Positions 40,348 to 51,545 are shown, counted from the stretch's first letter. The stretch is DNA of 64,000 nt from Ferruginibacter sp. (GCA_025359625.1 JANYFT010000429.1:596-64595), one strand, 5' to 3'. Numbers and translations are program-made. The notes: generated by a model from the letters alone, not told the origin.

Positions 40348-41214
40348 TTAATTATTGATCTTGCTTTTTGCTTTCTCTATCAATTTATTGATCTCTTCTT
40401 TTTGGTAATTATCAATTACATAAACATATTGCAGATTATAAAAATTAGCTGTAGATTTTATTTTAATGATATAGTTATTAGTGCTTTTTTCCGGGGCTAC
40501 CTGTTCAACAGTACCTATCATTAGTCCATAAGGAAAAGTAGTGGTAATGCCACTTGTAAAAACAGTATCCCCTTTGGCTACTTTTACACTTTTTCTTACA
40601 TTAATCATGGAGAGGTAGTTGGGTTCATTACCATCCCAAACAATGGTGCCGCCTCCTGACGGATCATTTTTTATCAGGGCATTAATTTTGCTGTCTTTGT
40701 GGAGCAGGCTCATGACTACTGCATAATTTTCACTCACATCTGTAACAATGCCAACAACACCGTTATTCGGATCTATAACTCCTTCATCTTTTTTTAATCG
40801 CTGTCCTGAGCCTCTGCCTAAAACGATAAAATTATTTTGTGCAGATACTGAATTGGAAACTACTTTAGCTGCCTGATATATCCATTTGCGATGATTGCCC
40901 AAGGTAGTATCATAAGGAATAGAAGCAGTTATAATTTTACTACTGGTGTCAGGGATTTCAAAATTATCTTTTATTAAATTAAGTAGGCGTTCATTCTGAC
41001 GATGTAGTTCCTGATTTTTCTTTTTGAGTGCCAAAAAATCGTCTACTTTGGCGTATTGGCTATTTACCCTGCCTGTAATTTCATTCATATACACAGAAGC
41101 CAGCGCATTGTGATAACGGTTATAATGAACAATCAGATAAATACAGAATACCTGCAGTAACAGGAAGACAATAAGATTAAAAAACCTGCGGATGAAAAGA
41201 AAGATATTACGCAT
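40348..41214 (-). CDS. mreC: Rod shape-determining protein MreC
   Basis: N-terminal TM, a coiled-coil segment ('LALKKKNQELHRQNERLLNL') and beta-rich repeats ('GVVGIVTDVSENYAVV', 'GLMIGTV'). Confidence 0.9.
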   Translation of the reverse strand: MRNIFLFIRRFFNLIVFLLLQVFCIYLIVHYNRYHNALASVYMNEITGRVNSQYAKVDDFLALKKKNQELHRQNERLLNLIKDNFEIPDTSSKIITASIPYDTTLGNHRKWIYQAAKVVSNSVSAQNNFIVLGRGSGQRLKKDEGVIDPNNGVVGIVTDVSENYAVVMSLLHKDSKINALIKNDPSGGGTIVWDGNEPNYLSMINVRKSVKVAKGDTVFTSGITTTFPYGLMIGTVEQVAPEKSTNNYIIKIKSTANFYNLQYVYVIDNYQKEEINKLIEKAKSKINN

Positions 41215-41343
41215 GAAGCATTCCTCCTAAGCCCCCAACGGGAGAGCTATTTGAGTGTATGAAATGTAGCAAAATTTTCATAACAAAAGAACTTAAAACA
41301 CTTTCGGTTACAAGAAAATTGGTTCCACCATTTAAAGCGAAAC

Positions 41344-42369
41344 TTAACGCATTACGAAGGGATATTTATCGTAATTTTTTAGTGCAATACCTGTCCCCCT
41401 AACTACACTTTTAAGCGGATCATCTGCAACATGTACCGGTAATTTTATCTTTGCAGCTATGCGTTTATCCAACCCTCTTAATAAAGCCCCACCGCCAGTT
41501 AGGTATAAACCACGGCGATATATATCTGCAGCCAATTCCGGCGGAGTGGTTTCCAATGCTTTTAAAATAGCTTCTTCAATTTTAAAAATACTTTTGTCCA
41601 ATGCTTCAGCCACTTCCTGAAAACTTACCATTACCTGCTTGGGAATACCGGTTACAAGGTCACGGCCATTTACCGGAATATCATCCGGTGGATTTTCAAG
41701 ATCTTTCATGGCGGCACCTACCTGTATCTTTATCTGCTCTGCAGTGCGCTCGCCAATAAGCAAACTATGATACCGGCGAAGGGCTTCCATAATATCTGCA
41801 GTAAATTCATCGCCGGCAATGCGTATACTCTGATCGCAAACAATACCTGCCAGCGCAATAACGGTAATACCTGTAGTACCACCACCAATATCAATGATCA
41901 TATTGCCCACAGGCTCTTCTACATCTATACCAATACCCAGTGCTGCAGCCATGGGCTCATGTAAAAGATATACTTCTTTAGCCCCCGCCTGTTCAGCACT
42001 ATCCCTTACGGCACGTTTTTCTACTTCAGTAATACTGCTTGGTATGCAGATCATCATCCGCCAGCTTGGAGCAAATAAAGGTTTTTTAGGATAAATCATT
42101 TTGATCATTTCCCGTATCATAAGTTCGGCAGCATTAAAATCGGCTATTACGCCATCTTTTAACGGACGAACTGTTCGTATACTTTCATGGGTCTTCTCAT
42201 GCATCATCAATGCTTTTTTACCCACCGCTAAAATATTTTTAGGATTGTTTCTGTCAAGGGCAACGATAGAAGGCTCGTTTACCACCACTTCATCGTTAAA
42301 GATTATCAGGGTATTTGCGGTGCCCAAATCCATAGCAATTTCCTGAGTGAAAAAATTAAAGAGACCCAT
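41344..42369 (-). CDS. mreB: Rod shape-determining protein MreB (actin homologue)
   Basis: It has 'AMDLGTANTLI', 'VRPLKDGVIADF', 'IIDIGGGTT' and 'LTGGGALLRGLD'. Confidence 0.97.
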   Translation of the reverse strand: MGLFNFFTQEIAMDLGTANTLIIFNDEVVVNEPSIVALDRNNPKNILAVGKKALMMHEKTHESIRTVRPLKDGVIADFNAAELMIREMIKMIYPKKPLFAPSWRMMICIPSSITEVEKRAVRDSAEQAGAKEVYLLHEPMAAALGIGIDVEEPVGNMIIDIGGGTTGITVIALAGIVCDQSIRIAGDEFTADIMEALRRYHSLLIGERTAEQIKIQVGAAMKDLENPPDDIPVNGRDLVTGIPKQVMVSFQEVAEALDKSIFKIEEAILKALETTPPELAADIYRRGLYLTGGGALLRGLDKRIAAKIKLPVHVADDPLKSVVRGTGIALKNYDKYPFVMR

Positions 42370-42618
42370 AATTTAATAGAGAAAAAGATTGTAAATAATG
42401 TGAGCAAAGTTGAACTAAATTATTTGAATTAACAATGGCAAACACTTTATTTTTCAACATTTTACACAAACTGTTATTATTATTTTTAAGACGCTAAAAC
42501 CTTACCGGGCACATTGTTTACTAATTTATTTAGTTATGGAGCACTGTATGAAATTTACTTTTTTTTGCAATGGGAACTTTTTTTACACAATTAAATTGCT
42601 TAAAAAAAAGCAACCAAA

Positions 42619-43899
42619 TTATCTGAATTCGTACCCAATATCTTCCCTGAAATACATACCTTCAAAATCAATTTGTTCCAGCATATAATTGGATTGTTCT
42701 GCTGCTTCAGCAATGCTGTTTCCAAAAGAAGTAACTGCAATTACCCTGCCACCATTGGTTAGCACTTTATCCCCTTCCTGCCTGGTGCCAGCATGAAAAA
42801 CGATGGTTCCTTCAATTTTAGTATCTGATAATCCCGTTATTATTTTACCGGTTTCATGTTCATTAGGATACCCGCCGCTTACTGCCATTACCGTAACTAC
42901 GGTCTGTTTGTTGATGACAATATCAATTTCATTTAAACGTTGCTCTGCCGTAGCTGATAAAATTTTTATAAGGTCGTTTTCAATCCTCGGAATAATTACC
43001 TCTGTTTCCGGATCTCCAAGACGGCAATTATATTCAATTACAAATGGCTCTCCATCGACATTTATCAAACCAATAAAAACAAATCCTTTGTAATCCAGTG
43101 CCTCTTTTTGTAACCCTTCAATGGTAGGTTCAATAATTTTTTGAGTAATGATTTTCATGTATTCCGCATCTACAAAAGGTACCGGGCTAACGGCACCCAT
43201 CCCACCAGTATTAGGCCCGGTATCCCACTTGCCAATTTTTTTATAATCTTTTGCTTCTGGCAAAACCACATAATTTTTACCATCTGTTAATACAAACACA
43301 CTCACTTCTATCCCATCTAAAAATTGTTCTATCACCACCCTTTTGCCTGCTTCGCCAAATTTAGAATGTTGAATCATCAGTTGAAACTCTGCCAACGCTT
43401 CAATGTGATTGTTACAGATAATTACTCCTTTACCTGCTGCAAGACCATCTGCTTTTAATACAATGGGCAATGTGTGATTGCGGATATACTGAATACCTTC
43501 CTCATAAGTAGCCGCATCAAATTCTTTATAAGCAGCAGTTGGAATTTTATGCCGGTCCATAAAAGCTTTTGCAAAAGCCTTGCTACCCTCTAACTGAGCC
43601 GCTTCTTTTGAGGGACCAATAACCTGGATATGAGCAGTAGCTGTATTATCCTTAAAAAAATTATAAATACCTTTTACCAGTGGTTCTTCCGGGCCCACTA
43701 TCAGCATATCAATAGCATTTTCCAAACAAAAATTAGCAAGGACAGCAAAATTATTTACTGAAATATCCACGTTAACACCAAATTGTGATGTGCCTGCATT
43801 GCCAGGGGCAACAAATAATTTTTCACATAAACTACTCTTGCTGATTTTCCATGCCAGTGTGTGCTCTCTTCCTCCTCCTCCTACTAATAATATGTTCAT
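42619..43899 (-). CDS. purD: Phosphoribosylamine--glycine ligase
   Basis: It has 'MNILLVGGGGREH', 'VVKADGLAAGKGV', 'EYNCRLGDPE' and 'TNGGRV'. Confidence 0.97.
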   Translation of the reverse strand: MNILLVGGGGREHTLAWKISKSSLCEKLFVAPGNAGTSQFGVNVDISVNNFAVLANFCLENAIDMLIVGPEEPLVKGIYNFFKDNTATAHIQVIGPSKEAAQLEGSKAFAKAFMDRHKIPTAAYKEFDAATYEEGIQYIRNHTLPIVLKADGLAAGKGVIICNNHIEALAEFQLMIQHSKFGEAGKRVVIEQFLDGIEVSVFVLTDGKNYVVLPEAKDYKKIGKWDTGPNTGGMGAVSPVPFVDAEYMKIITQKIIEPTIEGLQKEALDYKGFVFIGLINVDGEPFVIEYNCRLGDPETEVIIPRIENDLIKILSATAEQRLNEIDIVINKQTVVTVMAVSGGYPNEHETGKIITGLSDTKIEGTIVFHAGTRQEGDKVLTNGGRVIAVTSFGNSIAEAAEQSNYMLEQIDFEGMYFREDIGYEFR

Positions 43900-44098
43900 G
43901 TAATTAATTTATTTTTTAAGGGGTTAATCTATGGTGTGTGCGAATTTAAAGCAGCCGTTACAGTAAACCATAAAATTATTATAAATGGCACCCGTTTATT
44001 CGTTTTTTTAAGAAATAGCCGGATTGCTTTTGTTGTACTCAAAGGAAATTTGCTACTTTGAGTGATTAAACTATTTTTCAGCAACATAAATAAAATAT

Positions 44099-45772
44099 AT
44101 GAACGAACAAATAGCACAACAAAGGCATCCAAAAGGATTGTGGGTTCTTTTTGGAACAGAAATGTGGGAGCGTTTTAATTTTTATGGAATGCGTACAATT
44201 CTTACTTTATTTATTGTAAACGCCTTGCTGATAAGTAAAGAGCAATCGTCCATTATATATGGAGGTTTTTTAGGCTTATGTTATTTAACGCCTATGTTGG
44301 GAGGTTTTGTAGCAGACAGATTTTTGGGTAACAGGCTTTGTATAATACTAGGGGGTTTGTTGATGGCTTTAGGCCAGTTGTTGTTGTTTTTTAGCGCAAC
44401 TATATTTAGTTCTAATCTTGAGTTGGCTAAAACACTTTTATATGTTGCATTAGGAATAATCATTTTTGGAAATGGTTTTTTTAAGCCAAATATTTCCAGC
44501 ATGGTTAGCAGCCTCTATCCAAAAGAAGAAAAAAGTAAATTAGATACCGCTTTTACAATCTTTTATATGGGCATTAATTTAGGTGCTTTTTTGGGACAGT
44601 TAATTTGTCCGTTAATAGGAGATGTTATAAAAGATGGTGTAAGGGATATACATGCTTTTAAATGGGGTTATCTAGCATCTTCCATAGCCATGCTGATTGG
44701 CACCACTACTTTTTTTTTATTAAAAGATAAATATGTTAGAACGCCGGAAGGCAGGCCGATTGGTGGCTTACCCTCAAAAAATATAGCTGCTGATTATGAA
44801 GAAGGCGAAGCCCAGAAAGCTACCTTTTCTTCAACATCTTTATTAGTAGCCAGTGCTGCATTTGTTGGCTTAGGTTTGCTTTTTCATTATATTTTTGATC
44901 AAAATATTATTTACTCTATCATATACGCAAGCGGCCTTACACTTGCAGGCTTAATTATATCCGACGGCTCAATTACAAAAATTGAAAGAGACAGGATTTT
45001 AGTAATTTATATTGTATCCTTTTTTATCATTTTCTTCTGGGCTGCTTTTGAGCAAGCCGGCTCTTCCTTAACTTTTATTGCCAATGACCAAACAGACAGA
45101 AACTTTTTTGGATGGCAAATGCCCCCATCAATGGTGCAAATTTTTAATGGTATTTTTGTAGTGGCATTCGCAATTCCGTTTAGTATTTTATGGGATAAAT
45201 TAAGGGCAAAAGGCAAAGAACCAATATCGCCTTTTAAACAAGCTATTGGTTTGGCTTTGATTGCTTTAAGTTATTTTATAATTGCCAACAACGTAAAAGA
45301 TTTAGGCAATAGTGGTTTACTTGCTGTAAAATGGTTAATCCTCCTTTATCTTATTCAAACCTTTGGTGAATTGTGCTTATCACCTATTGGCCTTTCGCTG
45401 GTAGGTAAACTTTCTCCCAAAAGATTTTCTTCTTTATTGTATGGTGTATTCTTCTTATCCAATGCATCAGGCTACGCATTGGCTGGCACACTTGGGTCTA
45501 TTTTACCTGCAACAGGTGAGCAATTTAAAAATGCCAGTAAAATGGGAATTAATTTACAAGGGGTATTAGATAAAACAATTATTCCCACTTCCGAACAAAT
45601 AAAATTATTGTCAGAAAATAAAATAAGCATAGTTAATCCCACTTTCGCAAGTTTTACTATTCATAATCTGTACGATTTTTTTATGGTGTTTGTTGTTTTG
45701 TGTGGCCTGGCTTCAATCCTTTTATTTCTACTTACCCCTTTGTTGAAAAAAATGATGCATGGTATAAGATAA
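44099..45772 (+). CDS. Proton-dependent oligopeptide transporter (POT/PTR2 family, MFS)
   Basis: PTR2 signature region 'LFGTEMWERFNFYGMRTIL', 'GGFVADRFLG' and 'FKPNISSMV'. Confidence 0.9.
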   Translation: MNEQIAQQRHPKGLWVLFGTEMWERFNFYGMRTILTLFIVNALLISKEQSSIIYGGFLGLCYLTPMLGGFVADRFLGNRLCIILGGLLMALGQLLLFFSATIFSSNLELAKTLLYVALGIIIFGNGFFKPNISSMVSSLYPKEEKSKLDTAFTIFYMGINLGAFLGQLICPLIGDVIKDGVRDIHAFKWGYLASSIAMLIGTTTFFLLKDKYVRTPEGRPIGGLPSKNIAADYEEGEAQKATFSSTSLLVASAAFVGLGLLFHYIFDQNIIYSIIYASGLTLAGLIISDGSITKIERDRILVIYIVSFFIIFFWAAFEQAGSSLTFIANDQTDRNFFGWQMPPSMVQIFNGIFVVAFAIPFSILWDKLRAKGKEPISPFKQAIGLALIALSYFIIANNVKDLGNSGLLAVKWLILLYLIQTFGELCLSPIGLSLVGKLSPKRFSSLLYGVFFLSNASGYALAGTLGSILPATGEQFKNASKMGINLQGVLDKTIIPTSEQIKLLSENKISIVNPTFASFTIHNLYDFFMVFVVLCGLASILLFLLTPLLKKMMHGIR

Positions 45773-45903
45773 CTCAAGAACTGAATAAAAAATATAAAGT
45801 GGGTTATTGGCAATTCCTGCGGGCTGTTGTTATTGATGCTATTTCCCTAATTATAAAAGATGATGAAGGATATGAAATGAATAAGTTTGTTCACTGTGTT
45901 CAT

Positions 45904-47097
45904 TCATATAAAATTCAAATATGCATTCTTTTTACCCAGTATCAGGCCATCATCAGCCCCCAGCCATTTGTTTAAAATAGTGGCATATACATTTTTAAAA
46001 TCCACAGTATGTTTAAGGTCCCCTTCATTAAGATCTGAAAGGTCAGGCATCGCATTGAGTATGCCCTTTTCTTTTAATCCACCGCTTATAAAAAACATAT
46101 TATTAGCCGTTCCATGATCTGTTCCGCCACTGGCATTTTGCGATACGCTTCTGCCAAATTCACTAAAAGTCATCATTAGTACATCCTGAAAACGGTTGTT
46201 TTTTTTCAGGTCATTGGCAAAAATTTTTATGGCATCATTTAATTCGGTGAATAATCTTTTTTGCTGCTCCTGCTGGTTTACATGCGTATCAAAACTTCCC
46301 AATGAAACATAATACACTTTGGTATTGATATCAGACAAAATAAGTGAGGCAATTGTTTTAAGATCTTTACCCAGTCCTGTTGAAGGATAGGTTTCTGTAG
46401 TGGGGTTTAATTTACTTTGCTGAAAAATATAATCCGCACTGCTTAACGTTTCGCTCATAGTTTTATAAAGGTAGTCGGCTGATTCTTCTCCCTTGTGATG
46501 ATCTGCTTCTATGTCTTTAAAATATTTTTCATTACTGATGCTGTATAATTTACGGGGGTCTTTAAACGCAAGGCCATTGTTATTCTCACCCTTCAAAGCA
46601 AGGCTTAATATATCATCTATTTCCACTGCCTGCGTAGGTTTGCCGCAACCACTGCACTGGGCATCCAGGTAGCGCCCTATCCATCCTGTATTGGTGTATT
46701 CATTGCTGTTACTGGATGTTTGCCATATATCCATGCTTCTGAAATGTGAGTGGTCTGGATTTGGATAACCTACATTATTTAATATTCCCAAACTGCCATC
46801 TGCATACAAATCTTTAAACGATGCCAATGCAGGGTTTAAGCCCACTTCATCCGTAAGTTGCAATGTGTTATCTTTTGTAATACCCAGCCTTGGACGCTCC
46901 CTGTAATAAATATCATTTCGTATAGGGATCACCGTATTCAATCCATCATTGCCACCACTAAACTGTATCACCACCACTACTTTATTTCCCGGCGGTACCA
47001 TCATTGGCTTTTCAAAAGCTTTCAAAAATTTAGGCATTAGTAATGAAGCCGTAGCCAATGATCCAAGTTGCAAAAAACTTTTTCGTTTTATAAGCAT
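45904..47097 (-). CDS. DUF1501 domain protein (sulfatase-like fold, Tat-type signal)
   Basis: N-terminus 'MLIKRKSFLQLGSLATASLLMP', then 'QFSGGNDGLNTV', 'FSEFGRS' and 'GGTDHGTANN'. Confidence 0.85.
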   Translation of the reverse strand: MLIKRKSFLQLGSLATASLLMPKFLKAFEKPMMVPPGNKVVVVIQFSGGNDGLNTVIPIRNDIYYRERPRLGITKDNTLQLTDEVGLNPALASFKDLYADGSLGILNNVGYPNPDHSHFRSMDIWQTSSNSNEYTNTGWIGRYLDAQCSGCGKPTQAVEIDDILSLALKGENNNGLAFKDPRKLYSISNEKYFKDIEADHHKGEESADYLYKTMSETLSSADYIFQQSKLNPTTETYPSTGLGKDLKTIASLILSDINTKVYYVSLGSFDTHVNQQEQQKRLFTELNDAIKIFANDLKKNNRFQDVLMMTFSEFGRSVSQNASGGTDHGTANNMFFISGGLKEKGILNAMPDLSDLNEGDLKHTVDFKNVYATILNKWLGADDGLILGKKNAYLNFI

Positions 47098-47190
47098 AAT
47101 AAATAATTAAGTTGCGGGGGCCATTAATTTCTTAGGTTTCCCTGCATTTTTATAACGCCAGCATTTTAAAAAATAACAGGTAAATTACAA

Positions 47191-48645
47191 TTAACACAAT
47201 TGATATTCCGGTGTACTCATCAAATTAATGATAGCACTTTTTATATAATTTTCCCGGCTTTCATTATTAAGATATTTACCCAGCAAAACAGTGCTAATCC
47301 GGCTTTTGGTTTGAAGGATGGTGTCTGAAATTTTAGGCAATAAATTTTCCCTTGGTATGCTTTCAAATATAGTGGCTACCGCTACCCAATCTACTGTTGC
47401 TGTGCTACCCTTGGCTGCAAAAGAACTATTGACTTTATCCATCATTTTATTTTCCGTCATTTGCCCCATCATTACATCATCATCATTTTTTGGGTGGATA
47501 TTTATGGCCTCATTTGCTGTAATAATCTGGGGTATCCTTAAGCGTAACATCAGTGTGCTGCTGTCTATCCAGCTTTTGCCACCAGGCCATCCAGCCACGT
47601 TGGGCGGGTAAAAAAGTATTTGTCCCAATGCCCGCTGAAATAACAACTGGGCATTGTCATTTTGTAGTTCAAGAGGCAATAGCCTGCGTATCCCTGCTAT
47701 TAGCTCAACAGGCGATTTTATTTTTGTACCAATATTTTTTTCTTCATAAAACCAGTCACTCGTGAAAATATCCCCCATCAGTTTTTTAATATCATAGCCG
47801 CTTTCATAAAATCGTTTAGCAAGCAAGGCAATCTTTAAATCTTCTTCCTTTTCATTTACAAAAAAGTGGTATATTTTTTTTGTGATAAATACTGCGGTCT
47901 GCTTTTGTTCCAATAAAATATTAATGATGTCATCTCCATCAAAATTGCCGGTTTTACCTAAAAAGGTTTTGCTGCCGGTATCATGCTGAAATGGGCGAAA
48001 AACAAATTCGCCCTGTAAATTAAACCCCCATCCTGTAAAGGCCCTGGCAGCTTCTTTAACATCCTTCTCTGAATAATTTCCCCTGCCCATGGTAAATAAT
48101 TCCATTACTTCCCTGGCAAAATTTTCATTGGGATGTTGCTTTTTATTTTGCTGGTTATTTAAAAACTGCAACATAGCGGGGCTTTTGCTTACGCCTGTCA
48201 ACAGGTCGCTGAATTTACCAAAAGCATTAGTCCTAACTATATCCAGCAACTGTTGCTGATAATAAATATTAATTACCCTACAGGCAAAATGGCCATGCCA
48301 GAACAAACTCATCTTTTCCCTCAATTGTGCCTCGCTATTGATCATTTCATCCAGCCAGCGAAGATTAAGGTTTTTAAGGTCATCCCTTGATTGTTTGCGC
48401 ATGGCCTGCTTTTGTTCTTTGGTAAGTTTTTCCAATTGAACCAGGTCATTAACCCCTTTTACCAACCCATCCAGTAAATTGGTGGCAACATCAATTTTCT
48501 CCGGTTTTTTAGAAGAAGTATGTAAAAGAAGTTCCCACATTTTTTTTTGAGAGATCGTATCCAGTGCTGCTGCATTTTCAGCCATGGGGCCAAAGCCGGC
48601 CCTCCATAAAAGATGTTGATTTTTTAAACGGTTGGATAACAGCAT
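47191..48645 (-). CDS. DUF1800 domain protein
   Basis: It has 'MSLFWHGHFA', 'NENFAREVMELFTMG', 'AARAFTGWG' and 'PPNVAGWPGG'. It lies upstream of its usual DUF1501 partner. Confidence 0.85.
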   Translation of the reverse strand: MLLSNRLKNQHLLWRAGFGPMAENAAALDTISQKKMWELLLHTSSKKPEKIDVATNLLDGLVKGVNDLVQLEKLTKEQKQAMRKQSRDDLKNLNLRWLDEMINSEAQLREKMSLFWHGHFACRVINIYYQQQLLDIVRTNAFGKFSDLLTGVSKSPAMLQFLNNQQNKKQHPNENFAREVMELFTMGRGNYSEKDVKEAARAFTGWGFNLQGEFVFRPFQHDTGSKTFLGKTGNFDGDDIINILLEQKQTAVFITKKIYHFFVNEKEEDLKIALLAKRFYESGYDIKKLMGDIFTSDWFYEEKNIGTKIKSPVELIAGIRRLLPLELQNDNAQLLFQRALGQILFYPPNVAGWPGGKSWIDSSTLMLRLRIPQIITANEAINIHPKNDDDVMMGQMTENKMMDKVNSSFAAKGSTATVDWVAVATIFESIPRENLLPKISDTILQTKSRISTVLLGKYLNNESRENYIKSAIINLMSTPEYQLC

Positions 48646-48898
48646 ATAATTGTATAAATTAAGTTGTTATTGACTGCTTTAACCTGATATAGTTTAATAC
48701 CCATTTAATTGCAAGGCCTTTCAATAATTTTTTAAAAAATGGTTTAACTGGTATTATATCCATAAAAAGCATCTGGCATTTAAAAGCTAATTCCATATTT
48801 TATAACTATTGATTTTGACTGAAATAAAAACAACGCAAACTAAAAGTGATGCTGGTGGTTAGCAGCATCACTCAATATTTTTTCTATTTAGAAATTTG

Positions 48899-50170
48899 TT
48901 AATTAATTATAGAAGCACCAAAATATGTATGCAACACTTTTGGTAATTCAATACCATCCTCAGTCTGGTTATTTTCAAGCAGGCAGGCAACTATCCTTGG
49001 CAGCGCCAGGGAAGAACCATTTAAAGAATGTAATAACTGTGTTTTACCATCCGTATTTTTATAGCGTATCTTCATCCGGTTGGTTTGGAATGTTTCAAAA
49101 TTACTTATAGAACTTACCTCCAGCCATTTTTGCTGCGCCGCACTAAACACTTCAAAGTCGTAGGTTATGGCACTCGTAAAACTCATATCACCACCGCATA
49201 AACGTAGTATCCGGTAAGGCAATTGCAATGCAGTCAAAAGAGTTTCTACATGTTGCACCATTTCTTCCAGCACATCATAACTTTTATCGGGATGCACCAG
49301 TTGTATTATTTCTACTTTATCAAACTGGTGTACCCTGTTCAATCCACGTACATCACTGCCAAAGCTACCTGCCTCTCTTCTAAAGCAGGGCGTATAAGCC
49401 GTCATCTTTACCGGTACATCTGTTTCTTTTACAATTTCATCCCGGTATATATTCGTTACGGGAACTTCTGCTGTTGGTATCATGTAAAATCCATCCGTTG
49501 TTGCATGATACATTTGCCCTTCCTTATCCGGCAACTGCCCGGTACCGTAAGCGCTGGCTTCATTAACCATTAGTGGTGGCAAATATTCTGTGTATCCTGC
49601 TGCAATGTTATAATCTAAAAAATATTGTATTAACGCCCTTTGCAGTTTAGCCCCTTTTCCTTTGTACAATGGAAAGCCACTACCAGTTATTTTAGCCCCT
49701 GTTTCAAAATCAACCAGGTCATATTTTTTTATCAAATCCCAATGTGGTACAGCATTTTGTGGCAACACGGGCTTTGTCCCACCTTCCCTTACCACTTCAT
49801 TTTCTTCAGGCGTTTTACCTGCCGGTACAGATATATGCGGCAGGTTAGGGAACTTTATTATTTCCTCCTGCAATTGTTTTTCAGCAACCGCTAATTGATC
49901 GTTCAATTGTTGCATGATGGATTTATGCTGAGTTACTTCCTGTCTTTTTAGTTCTGCAGCGTCCTTTTCTCCTTTGCCCATCAACTGGCCAATTGCTTTA
50001 CTGGCCGCATTTAAATCGGCCTGTAATGTTTCGCTTTCTACTTTCAGTTTACGTACCTGCTCATCCAGTGCAACTACTTTATCCACCAACAACAAATCGC
50101 CAAAATGTTTTAGGCTTAACCGCTCTTTTACCAGTTCTGTATTTTGACGAATAAAACTAATCTGTAACAT
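48899..50170 (-). CDS. serS: Serine--tRNA ligase
   Basis: N-terminal coiled coil and class II core with 'IPTAEVP', 'CFRREAGS' and 'LNGSSLALPR'. Confidence 0.97.
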   Translation of the reverse strand: MLQISFIRQNTELVKERLSLKHFGDLLLVDKVVALDEQVRKLKVESETLQADLNAASKAIGQLMGKGEKDAAELKRQEVTQHKSIMQQLNDQLAVAEKQLQEEIIKFPNLPHISVPAGKTPEENEVVREGGTKPVLPQNAVPHWDLIKKYDLVDFETGAKITGSGFPLYKGKGAKLQRALIQYFLDYNIAAGYTEYLPPLMVNEASAYGTGQLPDKEGQMYHATTDGFYMIPTAEVPVTNIYRDEIVKETDVPVKMTAYTPCFRREAGSFGSDVRGLNRVHQFDKVEIIQLVHPDKSYDVLEEMVQHVETLLTALQLPYRILRLCGGDMSFTSAITYDFEVFSAAQQKWLEVSSISNFETFQTNRMKIRYKNTDGKTQLLHSLNGSSLALPRIVACLLENNQTEDGIELPKVLHTYFGASIIN

Positions 50171-50332
50171 CTTTTAATAAAAATTTTGCCAAAGGTAATG
50201 TTTGATTTTTTTATTGGCCTAACAGAAGAGCATAATCAATTCCAGATCCATCGCCTTTACACCCCTTTAGGGAATGGGAGTAATTTAACTTTCATCAAAG
50301 CGCAGATGCCGTTTTAAATTTATATTTGCCGA

Positions 50333-50689
50333 ATGGAACATGCAAAAGAAGATTTACAGGTTCGGTGGCTAAAGCTTCGTATTAAATTAAAAGAAAAATT
50401 TAGCATTAAACCAGATATGGATGGCGTATTATTTTTAATTGGCGTGCAGGAACTGGGCACTGCCAAACAGGTATACAGCAAAGAACAAAAACAAGACCTG
50501 ATGCATATTGCCGTTTGCACCTTACTGGCGCAAAGCGGTTATTATATTATGGAGGGATTGGATGAAGAAGGATGGCCGCATTTTAAACAATTAAAAGCGT
50601 TGCCCGCATTTAATGTATACGAACAGGAGAATTTTTTAAAAGACCATGTTTTACTTTACTTTGAGCAAGTTTTTAAAAAGGAGTATTAG
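50333..50689 (+). CDS. Hypothetical protein
   Basis: 118-aa ORF with ATG start. Its stop is followed 3 nt later by the PPIase gene start, suggesting co-transcription. No motif recognised. Confidence 0.5.
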   Translation: MEHAKEDLQVRWLKLRIKLKEKFSIKPDMDGVLFLIGVQELGTAKQVYSKEQKQDLMHIAVCTLLAQSGYYIMEGLDEEGWPHFKQLKALPAFNVYEQENFLKDHVLLYFEQVFKKEY

Positions 50690-50692
50690 TGT

Positions 50693-51448
50693 ATGAATAA
50701 AATTTTCAGGATCGGTTTATTGTTAATTATGATTTTATTAGTCGGCTTATGCCAGGCTCAAACAAAAAAAAAGGTGGTAAAGAAACCACCGGTTCATTTA
50801 GTAAAAAGCAAAGTTGATACAATAGTTGCCACTATTGCTCCGGCAAAACAAATAGCTGAAATAAGGGTTAAAATTAGTACCAGCCTGGGTGATATTATTG
50901 TAAGGTTATCTAATAAAACACCAAAGCACCGGGATAATTTTGTAAAACTGGTGAACGACCATTTTTATGACAGCCTGCTTTTTCACCGGGTGATCAATAG
51001 TTTTATGATACAGGGTGGCGACCCAAACAGTAAAAATGCTACGCCTGGCAGTATGCTTGGTGAAGGAGATGCAGGCTATAAGGTATCTGCTGAATTCGAC
51101 TCTGCATTGTTTCACAAAAGAGGTGCACTGGCAGCAGCAAGAGATGACAATCCGGAGAAAGCAAGCAGTGGCTGCCAGTTTTATATTGTGCAGGGTAAAA
51201 AAAGAAGCAACAGTGAATTGGATGTAATTGAAATGAAAAAAACTATACATTTTTCTTCAGCAAAACGCATGACCTACAACATGATTGGCGGCACACCAAA
51301 TTTAGATATGAACTATACTGTTTTTGGCGAAGTGGAAACTGGTATGGAAGTAGTGGATGAAATTGCCCTGCAGCCGGTAGATGATAACAACAGGCCAATC
51401 AAAGATATCAACATGAAAATGGAAGTGATGAAAGAAGAAATAAAATGA
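50693..51448 (+). CDS. Secreted cyclophilin-type peptidyl-prolyl cis-trans isomerase
   Basis: Signal peptide, 'FHRVINSFMIQGGDP' and 'SSGCQFYIV'. Confidence 0.9.
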   Translation: MNKIFRIGLLLIMILLVGLCQAQTKKKVVKKPPVHLVKSKVDTIVATIAPAKQIAEIRVKISTSLGDIIVRLSNKTPKHRDNFVKLVNDHFYDSLLFHRVINSFMIQGGDPNSKNATPGSMLGEGDAGYKVSAEFDSALFHKRGALAAARDDNPEKASSGCQFYIVQGKKRSNSELDVIEMKKTIHFSSAKRMTYNMIGGTPNLDMNYTVFGEVETGMEVVDEIALQPVDDNNRPIKDINMKMEVMKEEIK

Positions 51449-51475
51449 GTTAATTTGCAATCCGAAGTTAGTATT

Positions 51476-51512
51476 ACACGAATTAAGAAACATGTTCTGT
51501 ATTAATTCGTGT
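51476..51512 (+). terminator. Hairpin after the PPIase gene (terminator-like; weak T tail)
   Basis: ACACGAATTAA-15 nt-TTAATTCGTGT. The arm shares the 11-mer TTAATTCGTGT with position 1177. Confidence 0.35.
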
Positions 51513-51545
51513 GATAAATATTAAAAAAATCATAAACAAAAAACT

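Noticed and set aside
41223-41228. AGGAGG Shine-Dalgarno-like box 8 nt upstream of the mreC start, unusual for Bacteroidota.
   Set aside because: It is a single occurrence and other starts in the window lack it, so it is probably chance.
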